Of a stretch of 64,000 nt of DNA, positions 37,890 through 53,900 are shown piece after piece. Both the position numbers and the translations under genes were made by a program. Numbering within the stretch: the first letter of the stretch is position 1; every line of letters begins with the position of its first letter. The notes below the pieces were generated by a model. It was given only the letters and a program-made list of their open reading frames with translations. It searched no databases and had not been told where the DNA came from. The DNA is from the human T2T-CHM13v2.0 reference genome, Homo sapiens. The stretch is from NCBI RefSeq assembly GCF_009914755.1, contig NC_060927.1; one strand, given 5' to 3'.

Positions 37890-38092
37890 GAATAATATGA
37901 AGAGATGGGAATATCCCATCTATTATCTATATAAATAAGATATGTGAATAATATAAATAGATGGGAATATCCTATCTATTATCTATATGAATAAGATATG
38001 TGAATAATATAAATAGATGGGAATATCCTATCTATTATCTATATGAATAAGATATGTGAATACTATGAATAGATGGGAATATCCCATCTATC
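37890..38092. repeat. 56-bp minisatellite, about 3.6 copies, each with an internal inverted repeat
   Basis: agatgggaatatcc recurs at 37903, 37959, 38015, 38071. Confidence 0.92.
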
Positions 38093-38518
38093 CCACTTGT
38101 TAGGTTGTCCTTAACCACTACTATTTAATATTGTTCTGGAAGTACCCCCCAGTGCAATTAAAGAAATGAGAGGTATAAACATTGCAGAGGAGAGGGAACT
38201 ATCACTGCTTGCTGATGATATGATTGAATTATTAGGAATCCCAAGAGAATAGATTGGAAAACTAAAAACAATAAAATAATTTAACAAGGAAGCTGAGTAC
38301 ATAAGTAAAATGTAAAAATCAGGCACTTTTCATATATAAACAACTACCACTTAGAGGATACAATGAAAGAAACACCCTACTAAAATAGCAACAAGAATAA
38401 TAAAATACTTAGGAATAAGCTTGATTAAAAATGTGTATGTCTCATAAGAAGAAAACACTTATGAAAGACAGAGACAAAAATAAATGGAAAGGTATTCCCT
38501 GCTTTGGGATTAAAAAGC

Positions 38519-38916
38519 ATTAAATTAAAAGGGAGACCAAACCAGAAGAATTCCTGAGCAGACAAAACCAATTAGGCCTCTAAGTGACATCAACTTAGCT
38601 TGATTTGCAAACCTATGCAAAATTTAAATTGAGCTATTTCTTATAAATGTCTATGTTAAGCAAAAACAGAATTTAAGCTCAATCTATGAGAAGTAGCCAA
38701 AAAGTAATAATTATATAACTGAGGACCTTCCAAGGTGATAAAACAAATCAGGCAATCGTATAACTGAAACCAATCAAATAACTTATTTTGCTTCCACATT
38801 TATCCTGCAAATAGTTGCCCCTGACAATTTGTTATCAGAACGCTAAACCTTTTTTGGTCTGGTGTTCTCTAATTCATAAATGGCTTCTAACTCAAATAAA
38901 CTCTTTAAAATATTTT
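38519..38916 (+). mobile_element. MER4-group (ERV1) LTR remnant
   Basis: LTR-like motifs aaccaatcaaata and ctcaaataaactctttaaaatatttt interrupting the L1M. Confidence 0.55.
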
Positions 38917-40246
38917 AGCTGGTCTTTGTGGTACACACCTGTAGTCCCAGATACTCAGGAGGATGTGGTGGAGGATTGCTTGAGCCCAGGAGTTTGAGGC
39001 TGTTATGAGCTTTGATAACCACTGCATTATTCGGTGACAGGGCAAGAACCTGTTTCAATAAAATAAATAAATAAAATAAAATAAAATCACTGTGCCTCAG
39101 ATTTTTCTTTAACAAAGGGTCAACATCACAAATGTCAGTTCTCCATAAGTTCATTTATAAACTTAGAGAAATCTCAATGAAACACCAATATTTTTTAACT
39201 CTTCAAGGTGAATCTAAATTCCACAAGAAAAAAACCACAAAGCATTGTATTTGTTTATTTCATTATTATTTACTTAAATATTTGAATTTGTAAAATCACA
39301 TATATGCAGCATTGTTTGTAAAATTCAAAGACTATAAGCAAGTGTGCATCAATAAGGGATTTGTTAAACAAATTAAGTATATCCATACAAGGAAATTCTA
39401 GGCAGCTATAAAAGAAAAATTCTGAAAAATAAAAAAAATGAGGGAGAAATAGATTTACCACGTGTTATTAATAAAACATGTTATATTGCCTTCATAAATA
39501 AAACAATATAGCAATTGTGCATGAATAAACAGAAAGGCAAATTAAACAAATAGAATGCACAAAAATAGAACCTGCAAAAGAGAAATTAAGTATATGATAA
39601 GGATAGTCTCTCAAATGACTCAGAAAAAGGCAGACCTTCCAATAAATGATGTTAAAAAAAATGGGTACACTTCTACGCAGGGAAAAAGTTAGATTCATTT
39701 ATCACTCCATCCATCAGGAAATAAATCTATATAAATCAAAATATTAAATGTGAAAATTAAACTATAAAAGTAATAGAACGAAATATTGGATTTCTTTCAT
39801 AATTTCAAAAACAATTGCTTTTCCAAACATAACTCAAAAATCCAGAAGCCAAAAACAAAATGTTGATATATCTTATTTCATTAAAAAATAATTTCTGCAT
39901 AAGAGATACCATAATCAAAATCAAAATACACACAAGAAATTGAAGAAAAATAAATGTCACTATTAAAAAGTTAATTGCTCTGATAAATAAAATCAAGCTG
40001 CAAAGATTGATAACCCAACAGAAAAATAAATGGAGAAGGGATATGAACAGACAGTCCATTGGAAAGAAAATTCTACTGGTTCTTAAACTCAAAGATGATA
40101 AAATAAATGCAAAGTAAGGCTGATTGTGGTGGCTTATGTCTTTAATCCCAACACTTTAGGAGGCTGAGGCTAAGAGGATCCCTTGAGTTCAGGAGTTCAA
40201 GACCAGCCTGGACAACACAGTGAGACCCGTCTCTATAGAAAATTTA

Positions 40247-40671
<425 letters not shown>

Positions 40672-41772
40672 TCACCATACTCCAGCACGGGCAACAAAGT
40701 GATACCCTGTCTCACAAAAATAAATAAATAAATGCACATTAAAACTCACTGAAAGACTATGTTTACCTATTATTTTTTCAAAAGTCCCCTAGTTTGGTAA
40801 GAATCTGTATGATAAGGATATGGGTATATAAGGAATATCATACATTTGTGGTGAAATTATAAATTAGTACCATGTCTATGGAAGTTTATTTGGCATTAAG
40901 TTTTAAAATTACAGATATATATATCCTTTTGATACATCTTACCATTTCTGGGAAGTTATACTTCTAAAGTATAATTTCTAAGTATTTCTAAAGAAGTACT
41001 TGAATATTTGTAAAATCACATATATGCAAAGGTATTCATTGTGGCTCGGTTTGTAAAGTCGAGAGTATATAAAAGTATCAGTCAATAGGGGATTGATTAA
41101 ATAAAATATGTATATGCATACAAGGGAATTCAGGTGGCTGAGGGAAAAAATGAAGACACTGTCTACACACCAGAGGGAAATATCTCCAAAATATAGTATT
41201 GCAACAGTAAACAAAGCAACAACAACAAAGCAAAATGCAGATCATCAGGTAGAGAATGTTACCTTTTGTATAAAAATGGCAACAAGGTGCTGGGCGCTGT
41301 CTGCTATTTTTATGTGAAAATCCTGTTTCTTTTTCTAAGTACTAATAAATTTGCTTTTGATGAGCTGCTTTAGAGCTTGCCCACAATCAACAGCAACCTC
41401 TTCAGTTGGTATATTTATTTATTTATCTTTAGAAGTGCTTTTTTTTTTTTCAACTGCTCTTGCCAGTACCTAGCCTCCAGGAGCAGTTCCCGTTGTTATA
41501 GATCCCTGTAGTTGCTTCAGCAGGCTGAATCAGTCACAGCTTCTCTCAGTTTCCAACATTTAATTCATCTGAGAAAAAGGACATAAATTCATGGAAGTGG
41601 CTGGGTTTTCTCCCATAATATCTTCACCTATTTTCAAAATCTATTCTCTATTGCCAGCATTTGAACGACTCTTTTAGGCCAAAGATCTCCTTCCTTGACA
41701 GAAAAGATGAAAAGGAATTCAGGGATAAAAGAGTTCCATTTTCTCTGTCATTTCCTAACACTTAATTATTAG

Positions 41773-41970
<198 letters not shown>

Positions 41971-42560
41971 TAACTAAAATAGTGCATGTTGGTGTCCTAG
42001 CATGTTTGGTAAGCCTTGGCACATCAGAGAGATGATAGGTGTTATGGTGTGGCCCATAATACTTCAGGTTTTAAAGAGAGACTGCCTCAGCTTAAATTTT
42101 GAGTTCACTTACTAAGTGTATGACACTGGGCAAATTAGTTAACTTTTGTTTTCCTCTGCAAAAAAGAAGTTGATGGCACCTAAGCTTTTTGTGAAATTCT
42201 AATGCATAAACACATAAAGCACTTGGTTCAGGACCCAGTCATTCACACAAGAGTTTAGAAGCGATCCAGTAAGAGTGCGTAAGGCCTCAGATATCGGTGC
42301 ACACCAATGCCAATAAAACAAGAAATATACAAAGTGCATTTGAAACAGGAGCTTCCAAAATTTGGTAAATAAGACTTCACAGGCTTTCCTGAGTACTAGT
42401 GGGATTAGATTTATGACAGGAATATAGTCACTGTAGGACTGTTTGATGAATCCGAGCCCTTTTTCCTCCTGGTGAAAGTATCTTCCTCAATATAGCCTCT
42501 GTGATTGGCAAAAGCTGATCTCACTCCCATTTACGGAGGTGGGCCCTGATTAGTTTAAGC

Positions 42561-42976
42561 TGTTAAACAAATTTTAGGGGAGGTTATTATTTTAGATGGA
42601 GCTCCTTCAGAAGGCCCTGAAAGACCAGACCAAACCAAAATGGAGCCACTTGTGCTACGTGCAACGTAATCAATCTGAACCCTGAAACAAGACAGTTCTC
42701 CGAAAACAGAAGATTTACAACAAAAATTTATAGAAGGGGCCTAGTTTAACTGCACATAATAAAGAAGCCCCTTCTCTTTTAACTCTATCAATCCACTTTT
42801 TGTTCTCTTTTTCTGCTTTCTTCAGCCCTTTTCTTCCTACAATGCCAACTCCCTCTGCACAGCCCATCAGAGCACTCATTCTATTTTATAGAATGAGATC
42901 TGAATGACATCTTGCCTGACTCTAGAATCATAAATAGATCTTTAAACTACATTTGTGGTAATTTTGTCTTTTGACA
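42561..42976 (+). mobile_element. MER4-group (ERV1) solo LTR nested in an MLT1-like element
   Basis: TG..CA ends, accaaaccaaaatggag motif, 4-bp TSD aagc/aagt. Confidence 0.75.
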
Positions 42977-43427
42977 AAGTTAATCAGCATACACCATCTA
43001 CTAGCCAAAACTGATTGCCTAGAGATGGGCGTGTGACCCACCTGGACATTGAGACAGAAGAAAATGTGTGTTGAAGCCTTTAGGGAAAGAACTTCTTTAC
43101 TTTTACCATAAATCCACAGAGGAATTCTATCGTACTGCTAGTTGTGAACACAGCCAGTGGAAGCAGTCAAAAGACATTTTTAACACTTTAGGATAAAACA
43201 AAAAAGCAGCTAAATTACAGGTTTTATTGCTGAGCTGCTAGATCAAGCCTTATCTAGGGCTCAGACTAATTCCTGATTTTATTTTATATGAACAAGTAGA
43301 TCATTTTTATTGCTTACCCTAGTTTGAGTTAGATTTTCCATTAATTGGTATCAAACGTATCTTAACTGATACAATGATGGAATAGTATTGCCTCTTGAAA
43401 AGAAGCAGGCAAATTAGTATTGTTTAC

Positions 43428-43647
43428 CAAAGAGGAATGTATCTGTGTGCATAGACATCCACAAATCTAAGATTGTATGCATGAAGAAGCACACGAGCAG
43501 AGAAACTCATGCTGATAAGGACAAAGGGGGACAGAACAGAAGGGACTTGTTAGAAGTAAGCTATATGCCACCCAGTCAGAGGAAGAAAATGGATGCTTCA
43601 TTTCTCAAACATATTACTGTTTTCATTCAGCCAAATGCCAAACAGTC
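43428..43647 (-). pseudogene. Pseudo-exon GLFGIWLNE..QVPSVLSPFVLISMSFSARVLLHAYNLRFV../..DTFLF(G)
   Basis: ttcttcatctacag acceptor, ttg|gtaaac donor, two stops and one frameshift; resembles GREB1 VPAGFLLVGVKS..LLVCAVDKRFL..NALLG. Confidence 0.68.
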
Positions 43648-43952
43648 CTGTAGATGAAGAACACCAGCTGAGCTGAAAATGACATCAAGACTGCTGGCTA
43701 TGAGGGACAGATGACTTCCTGGAGTATACTGTCATGTCTTTATTTGAATTGTATGAAGAAGGGCTTTAAGGAAGCATTCTAAAGCATTAGAGGAGGGCTT
43801 TTGTAATATCATCCAAGGATGGGGAAGAAGAGAATTTTTTTTAAGCAGTGAAGTATTGAACATGCATGCTGTGGTTACATTTTGAAAAGTTACTGTCTGG
43901 GATTGTTGAGCTGTTTTTGATAATATTCTGCTTTATCTAAATTACATCACCA

Positions 43953-45356
<1,404 letters not shown>

Positions 45357-45418
45357 GCTATTACTATTCTTAATGTAGGACAAAATGTCCAGAGAAAGAA
45401 AGTCCTCTGGCCATAGAC

Positions 45419-45930
45419 CTGGGCCAGCAGAATCTTGTCTGTTGTTAGGCTCAACCCTCCTTGATGCCTCCCATTTCCTCCTTCAAGAATGACCACTCTT
45501 GAGCACCAGGCCACCTCCTCGGAAGATGATGGTTCCACAGACAGAGATGTAAGTACAGGCAGATGGAGGGCCATGCCAGGTGGTGGTGGAGGGTCACTTC
45601 CTTTCAGATCTCTGAAAGGTACGTGGCCATGTGCCCTCATTCGGCCTGAGAGCTTAAGCCTCCTGATATTGAGTGCTGAGAACACCCTGCAGGTGCAATG
45701 CATTGTTGTTAAGTCTGACATTTCTGGAGAAGGTTGTGGGGTAGATAGATCATGGGCACTGTTCAGTTCATCCTGCCAAGTGTCCAGTTGGAGCGGTGAT
45801 ATGAATTAGTATCATCTCAGTCACTTGTAAGCATTATCCATCACAGGCTCCCAAGATGGGTCTCATCATGGCAAGTAGTCTCCATCGAGAGAACCAGGAA
45901 TGGAAAAAAGGTGTGGCTGATTCACCTCAA
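45419..45930 (-). pseudogene. Large pseudo-exon ..MHCTCRVFSALNIRRLKL..PPPPPGMALHLP..SLTTDKILLAQ
   Basis: Pyrimidine tract + cag acceptor; five clustered stops then about 130 open codons; weakly resembles GREB1 RPIFSQLYL..PPNPFQLHPLP..CTTD. Confidence 0.65.
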
Positions 45931-46146
45931 CTGAATCATGTGGAGGGTGGAAGGAAAGAGAAAACCAAATGCTGCTAGCTAGGAGAAAGTGTCTGTTCTT
46001 CCTTCCACAAGAAAGGATAAGGGCTGGACAAAAGAAAAAAAGCACTGAATAGGGTTTTAAGAACACTAAACTTTACAGAGCATTTTAGAAGAATGTTCTC
46101 TTTCAGAGAACATGAGGATTAAATAGACCATATTAAGAATTTTTTT

Positions 46147-46445
46147 CGACGGGGTGCAGTGGCTCATGCTTGTAATCCCAACACTTTGGGAGGCTAAGGG
46201 AGGAGGATTGCTTGAGCCCAGGAGTTTGAGACCAGCCTGGCAACATAGCAATACCCCATTTCAGAAAAATAAAAATTAATTAGCTGGGCACAGTGGTGCG
46301 TGCCTATAGTCCTGGCTACTCAGGAAGCTGAGGCAGGAGGATCACTTGAGCCCAGGAGTTTGAGGCTCCAATGAGCTATGATCTCACCACTGCACTCCAG
46401 CCTGGGTGACAGAGCAAGACTCTGTTTCTTAAAAATGAAATTTTA
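46147..46445 (+). mobile_element. AluJ-like
   Basis: Alu dimer. Confidence 0.88.
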
Positions 46446-46679
46446 AAAAAAGAATTTGTTTTTGTCATTGGCAATATATTTGTTTCACACACTTATGGTA
46501 GTAGAAAAGAAACCTTGAAAAATAAGTGGTATGTAAACTATTCACACGGAATGAGCTGTGTGATTCAAAGTTAGAATAGGATACCTTCAGCTGCTAAGGT
46601 CAAATTAGCAGCCTTAGGGTTAAATTTAAGGAGTGGGAACTTCCCTAAACCCCATCCTCATTTCTTCCACATTATCTAC

Positions 46680-47014
46680 CTATAATAAGGACATTCAAAG
46701 GGAAAGCTTTCCTATAATGGCAGCCTGACAGAATTTGATAGAAACTAGCAAGCTTCTGGAATCGGAATAGAACTAAGTCTAGCTCTAAACAGACTGTCTA
46801 TGGCGATGGATCCTTTTAGATGCTACTTCAAATTCTATGGCCCATGTTAACCAGCGAGCCTGGGGCTCCCAGCTGAAACCTATTCCCATCAAGGGAGGAA
46901 TCTTGGGACCTAGTTTCACTGAAGCACATTTCAGTTGGGGAACAAAATATCCTTTTCAGGGAAATTTGCTACCAAGGGATTTAGTAGAACTTGCTAGAGA
47001 CTCTACTCCCAGAG
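46680..47014 (-). pseudogene. Pseudo-exon LGVESLASSTKSLGSKFP*KGYFVPQLKCAS..AIEFEVASK../GSIAIDSLF..
   Basis: ctgtcttttcag acceptor, tag|gtagat donor, about 75 codons with one TGA; weak match to GREB1 GQLKTTRFEEVLHNSIEASL. Confidence 0.55.
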
Positions 47015-47579
47015 CTGAAAAGACAGTGGAGCCAAAAGACAAGACAGATCTCCTAGACCTTTCCATTAGTGACCCCCTCCTGACTCCCATTTATTGACAT
47101 TTAGATGGGAGTCTCAGCTGATTATTTTCTGTTTTGGTTACAAGGGGGCTAAAATAGCCACCTCTCTTCATATAAAACTCAATTGAAAAAAAAAAGAATG
47201 AGTTTCCCCTCTGATTGTTGTATGCCTTTGACATAATACTTTGAGGTAGAAAAACAGTGATGTTCTTATGCATGTAGAATGAGTATCTGTAGACCAGCCA
47301 TCAGGTCTTGCTATGGAACGTGGGCATTTTAGAAGGATATAAGAGAAATGTGACAAAAATCCAGCCTTTGGTGGTAGACTGGGAAAGATTTCAGCCAGCT
47401 GACAATGTGTGACTGAAAATAAGTATTGCTTGTGTGATGTGAAGAGGGTGTACCCAACGCCGGGGCACTGACATCAACACACACAGGCAAGAAAATAGCC
47501 CTCCAGCTAGGGCCCCAGTGAGTCCTGCCCTACCCAGAAGAATCGGGAAATACAACTCTGGGTATACGGGAAGTTATTA

Positions 47580-47941
<362 letters not shown>

Positions 47942-47964
47942 CTAGGAGAGATGCTCCTGCTGAC

Positions 47965-48100
47965 CTGAAGGTGGAGAGTAGTCCATGAGGGAAGTGCCAA
48001 GAATTCAGGGCTAAAGTCACATGTCCAGGGCAAGTTGAATAGAACAAAGAAGCCAGTCTTGACTTTTTGCCACCAGGAGATCTCCACATATATCTTGGTC
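47965..48100 (-). pseudogene. Candidate upstream exon (two open frames)
   Basis: ctactttag acceptor, cag|gtcagc donor, 136 nt without stops in two frames. Confidence 0.35.
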
Positions 48101-48579
48101 CTAAAGTAGCACACGACTAGAATATTCTCCAGGGTTTTGTGTATGTGTTTGACTTATCAAATATTAAGATCTTTTTCTTATCCTTCCACATTGGTGCAAA
48201 AGTTGCACATAATACATCTGCTTCTGTTCCCTTCTAATTAGTCCATGACCATTAAGGGACTGGGCTAGACAGAGTGGACATACGAGATAAGGAATGCTTT
48301 TAGAGAAGAATCTCAAATCCATGATACTTAAACTCTACATGCTCAACCTCACAGAACCACAAATTCCCAAATGGATTATGCTAACAAACTCCTTCTGTAT
48401 CGGGATACAGAAGGAGAAGCAATAAAGGATACTTACAGTATTCACTTGAAGTTTTCAGATACAGCAAAGAGGGTAATAAATTTGGTGTCCTAATAAGCTC
48501 TCTGCTCTCCCCCGTTGGAGCAGTGACACCAGGGAATTAGTTATATGAGCAAGGTGAAGATAGAAATGTATAAACACTA

Positions 48580-49154
<575 letters not shown>

Positions 49155-49180
<26 letters not shown>

Positions 49181-49229
49181 AGGAAAGAAACAGAGAAACA
49201 GAGAGAGAGAGACACAGGAAGAAAGAGAG

Positions 49230-49291
<62 letters not shown>

Positions 49292-49352
49292 GAAGGAAGG
49301 AAGGAAGGAAGGAAGGAAGGAAGGAAGGAAGGAAGGAAGGAAGGAAGAAACA

Positions 49353-49404
<52 letters not shown>

Positions 49405-49500
49405 AAAGAAAAGAAAAGAAAGAAAGGAAAGAAAGAAGGAAAAGAAAAAGAAAAGAAGAAAAGGAAGGAAGGAAAGAAGGGAGGGAGGGAGGGAGGGAAA
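49155..49500 (+). repeat. Compound (GAAA)n/(GGAA)14/(GGGA)n polypurine microsatellite
   Basis: Direct reading of an expanded Alu tail. Confidence 0.95.
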
Positions 49501-50032
49501 TCTATGCTGGGAATCTGAGCTACAAAGTCTAGGATACCTTTGAGAGCCCCCTCCCCTTGCAGTGATGTGGTAATAAAGTAAACCCTTGAGTAAGCCCCAG
49601 TCAGCAGGCCATATCTCTCATACTTTAGAAGTGGTTGGTGGCTGTATCAGGCAGTTGCTGAAGTGCAACTATGGCAGTAAAACAAAGCTCCACAGCTTAG
49701 GAGAGGCTTCTAACATAAAGCAACAATAAAAACAGTTAAAACTCATATGGTCCTTACTCTGTGCCATGCACTCATCTAACACTTCACATTTGCAGTACTA
49801 ATATGTTTAATTCTCAGAATGCCCCTAAAGCCTAGGCACACTATTTCCCCATTTTATACATAAGGAAACAGAGTGAGGCACAAGAGGTATATGACTTACC
49901 TAAGGGCACTTCACCAAGCATATGGAAAGAAGCACAAATGCAAACAGTCACTAGAATCCCTAGTAGTACTGGTTATAAAGCAATCAACGAGATGAGTTGG
50001 GGAAAGATTACATTTGTCTAACTAACATTAAC

Positions 50033-50255
50033 GCTGACATGAAAACACAAGCTGAAGAGATCATCATAGAAAATTTATGGGTACAGGCTCCCTGTTGTGT
50101 ATCTTTTTTAAAAATAGGAAAGTTATGAAGCCCAAGAATACGTCTGGGAGTTTGGAGAAGTTTGAAAAACACTGCTCGTGTTCACTGAGGCCATGCAAGG
50201 GGGAGATGTTTGATGGACATGCCATCTTCAGTCTCTGTCCAGTGAATGTCATAGT
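50033..50255 (-). pseudogene. Candidate upstream exon YDIHWTETEDGMSIKHLPLAWPQ*TRAVFFKLLQ..
   Basis: cactgcag acceptor and long nearly open frames; donor unclear. Confidence 0.3.
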
Positions 50256-51192
50256 CTGCAGTGCAATCAAATCATATCTGATCATATCACTTCCCTCATT
50301 ATAAATCAGTAATAGTCCCACGGTGTTACAGAACAAAATTTAAATTCCTTGGTATGACCCACAAGACTCTTCATAATCTGGCCTCAACGGGCTTCCAAAT
50401 CATCCCATCCAACATCCTTCCCCTGCATCACAAACCTCCAGCCACAGAGAACTTCTTGCCTGGCCTCAAACACACCATGTGTTTTCATGCCTTCCTGTTT
50501 CTTCAAAACATGGCCTGAAGACCATCTGCATTGGAGTCAGCAGAGGGACTTCTTAGAAATGGTGACTCAGGGTTCCGCTGAAATCAACTGCCTGGGTATT
50601 TGGCCGAGGAATCTTCATTTTAACGAATTCTCCAAGAGATTTATTTTTGCTGTGCATTAGTATTTCAGGGTCATATCCCATTCCTTATGATGAGCCATCT
50701 GTCCCATCTGCCCTCAACAGATCAAATATCATCTCCTCTAGAAAATCTTTTTATTCCTTTCCTTCTCCAGATAAAATTGCCCTTTGCCCCTTCTGTGCAT
50801 CCACTTTTCCCTGTTCAGAACTATGGCACTTATTGCTCTTATTTTTGTGACCTAGACTGTGATTTCTTTGGAGATCTTCATTCATTTGGCAACAAGCTTT
50901 TATTGAATGCTGAAGATCCACTGATGGAAGAACCAGCGTGGAGACCCATGGAGCTTAGAGTCTAATGAGGCCACAGGAAAGCCCTATTACAATGAAGTGT
51001 GCTGCATGCAATGAAAGGCAGCAGAAAGGGTGTTCTGCAGGCCATGGTGGGGGTTGGAGATATTTGGACTGTCATGGGGACCAGGGAAGCTTCTAAGTAA
51101 AACTGATATCTAAGTTGATTCTTGGAAAAGGAGTAAGAAGTACCCAAGGGAAGAAGAGAGCATACTCCAGCTAAAGGAAAAAATTCACTAAG

Positions 51193-51500
51193 GGCTGGGC
51201 GCGGTGGCTCATGCCTGTAATCCCAGCACTTCGGGAGACTGAGGAGGGTGGATTGCGAGGTCAAGAGATCAAGACCATCCTAGCCAACATGGTGAAACCC
51301 CATCTCTACTAAAAATACAAAAATTTACTGGGCGTGGTGTCTTGTGCCTCTAGTCACAGCTGCTAGGGAGGCTGAGGCAGGAGAATCGCTTGAACGCGGG
51401 AGGCGGAGGTTTGCAGTGAGCTGAGATCGCGCTACTGCACTCCAGCCTGGCAACAGAGTGAGATTCCGTCTCAAAAAAAATAAAATAAAATAAAAAATAA
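51193..51500 (+). mobile_element. AluSc-like
   Basis: Alu dimer. Confidence 0.9.
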
Positions 51501-52616
51501 GTCACTAAGGCCCAGAGTGTGAGAGTGCGTGTGTGTGTTGTGTGTTTGTGCACACGTGCAAGCGAGTGAAAAAGTGATACTCAGATTATCCTCCATAATA
51601 ACCATAATAACCAGATGTGTATATCTATCTGGAGTGTTTTTTCTGCCTTCCTTCATAATTAGTTTAAAGTCATATTAAACAGATTTTCCAGTCTCAAAGA
51701 AAACAAATTTTCCCTAGATGCTGTCAGATGGACACTCGAGCTTCAAACCTAACAATGCCTAATATCACCCTCTCTTTCCCAACCCCCTCTGTGTTGGTGT
51801 GTGTGCATATGCGTGTGTATGTGTGTTGTCATGAGCCTGTGAATGAATGAATAGATGCATACATTAAAGCATAAAATGTAGTTGATATGGTGGGACTTAG
51901 CATAGTATAAATGCTATATATTTTAGCATTTATGCATAGTATATATTAGCATTTGTACATAGTATAAATATTAGGATTAAACATTTCTAGGTTCAAATTC
52001 CAACTTTGTCAGTTGTGGCTAGGTAACTTTGGGCAGGTTATAAATGCGTTCTGGACCTCTCCATTTGTATGATGAATGTAGCAATATTTATCTCATAAGA
52101 ATAGTATCCTGATTAGATAATATAAGGCACTTAACATGATGCCTGGTAGATAGTAAGCATTTTTTAAAGTATAGTAGTTACTCAGTTTCTGGATTTAGAT
52201 ATGGTTTTCAAATCCCACACCATCCCTTAATAAATCTGTGTAGCCTTGGGAAATAAACCGAATTAGTTTACTTCAGTTTCCACCAGAGTCTCCTTATCTA
52301 GTAAGTGAACGCACACAAGACTCACAGCCCAGTGCCTGGAACACAGGAAGCACTGAATAAATTATCATTTCCATCATTGTTATTATTACTTTTCATTACA
52401 AATATATTTTTTAAAAGTATAGTAGTTACTAAGCTTCTGGATTTAGATGTGGTTTTCAAATCTCATGCTACTTCTGCCACTTATATATGTTGTTTGTGTG
52501 CGGAAGATTAGCTTTCTGAAATAAATACGATCATTTCACTGTTACAAGGCATCTTTCATTTATCCTAAAATATAGTTTAGACCATTGTTTTAAAAATGAC
52601 ATCCAATTACAAGTGA

Positions 52617-52636
52617 TTACCACAAGGTGGCTCCAG
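52617..52636 (+). promoter_or_regulatory. Candidate CTCF motif
   Basis: ccacaaggtggctcc resembles the CTCF core CCACNAGGTGGC, in unique sequence. Confidence 0.4.
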
Positions 52637-53235
52637 ACCATTACTATTATTACTAAGTATGTCACATTTCAGAGAAAGAGTTGTTTCCCAAGCAATATTT
52701 TGAGAACAACTGTGTTTTTGTTTGTTTTACAAAGATATATGGTACTATAAAACAAATTCTTCTTCATTAGTTTCTATTTTTCTTCCTGTGTCCTTTTGAA
52801 AGGTAAGCACAGTTTTAATTGAAAAATACATATTCACAACGTAGCTCTAAAGATAAATTAATTGTGGCTGATATTTGCTCAATCATATCATTTTTCTGTA
52901 TCGATATTAATATCTGAAATTAAACTTTTGGGCCTTGGTCATTTACGTTCATATACTATCTAGTATTTTTATAAGTAAAACCAAAAATCTAGTTATTGGG
53001 AAATAGAATGAAGGACTGTTTTTTTTTGTTTTTTTGTTGTTTTTTTTTTCTCTCTTATTATTTTCATTTTGGGGGGGACTTTTCTTTAAGTTTGCATTTA
53101 GGAAATTGATTTCAAAATGCTTTACTTTTCAAAATAAATGTATGAGGCTTTCAATAATGCTTTTTATGGTGTTTGCTTTCATGGTTCAAGATCCTAAATG
53201 ATTCAGATAAATTTATTTAAGAATTAATGTGGAGG

Positions 53236-53900
<665 letters not shown>

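Noticed and set aside
37890-38092. CRISPR-like array of palindromic repeats
   Set aside because: Intervening segments are copies of each other rather than unique spacers, there are no cas genes, and the context is eukaryotic
41480-41760. Possible exon between the 43.5k and 34.8k exons
   Set aside because: Looks like a CR1/L3 LINE remnant, and the flanking exons can join directly in phase 1
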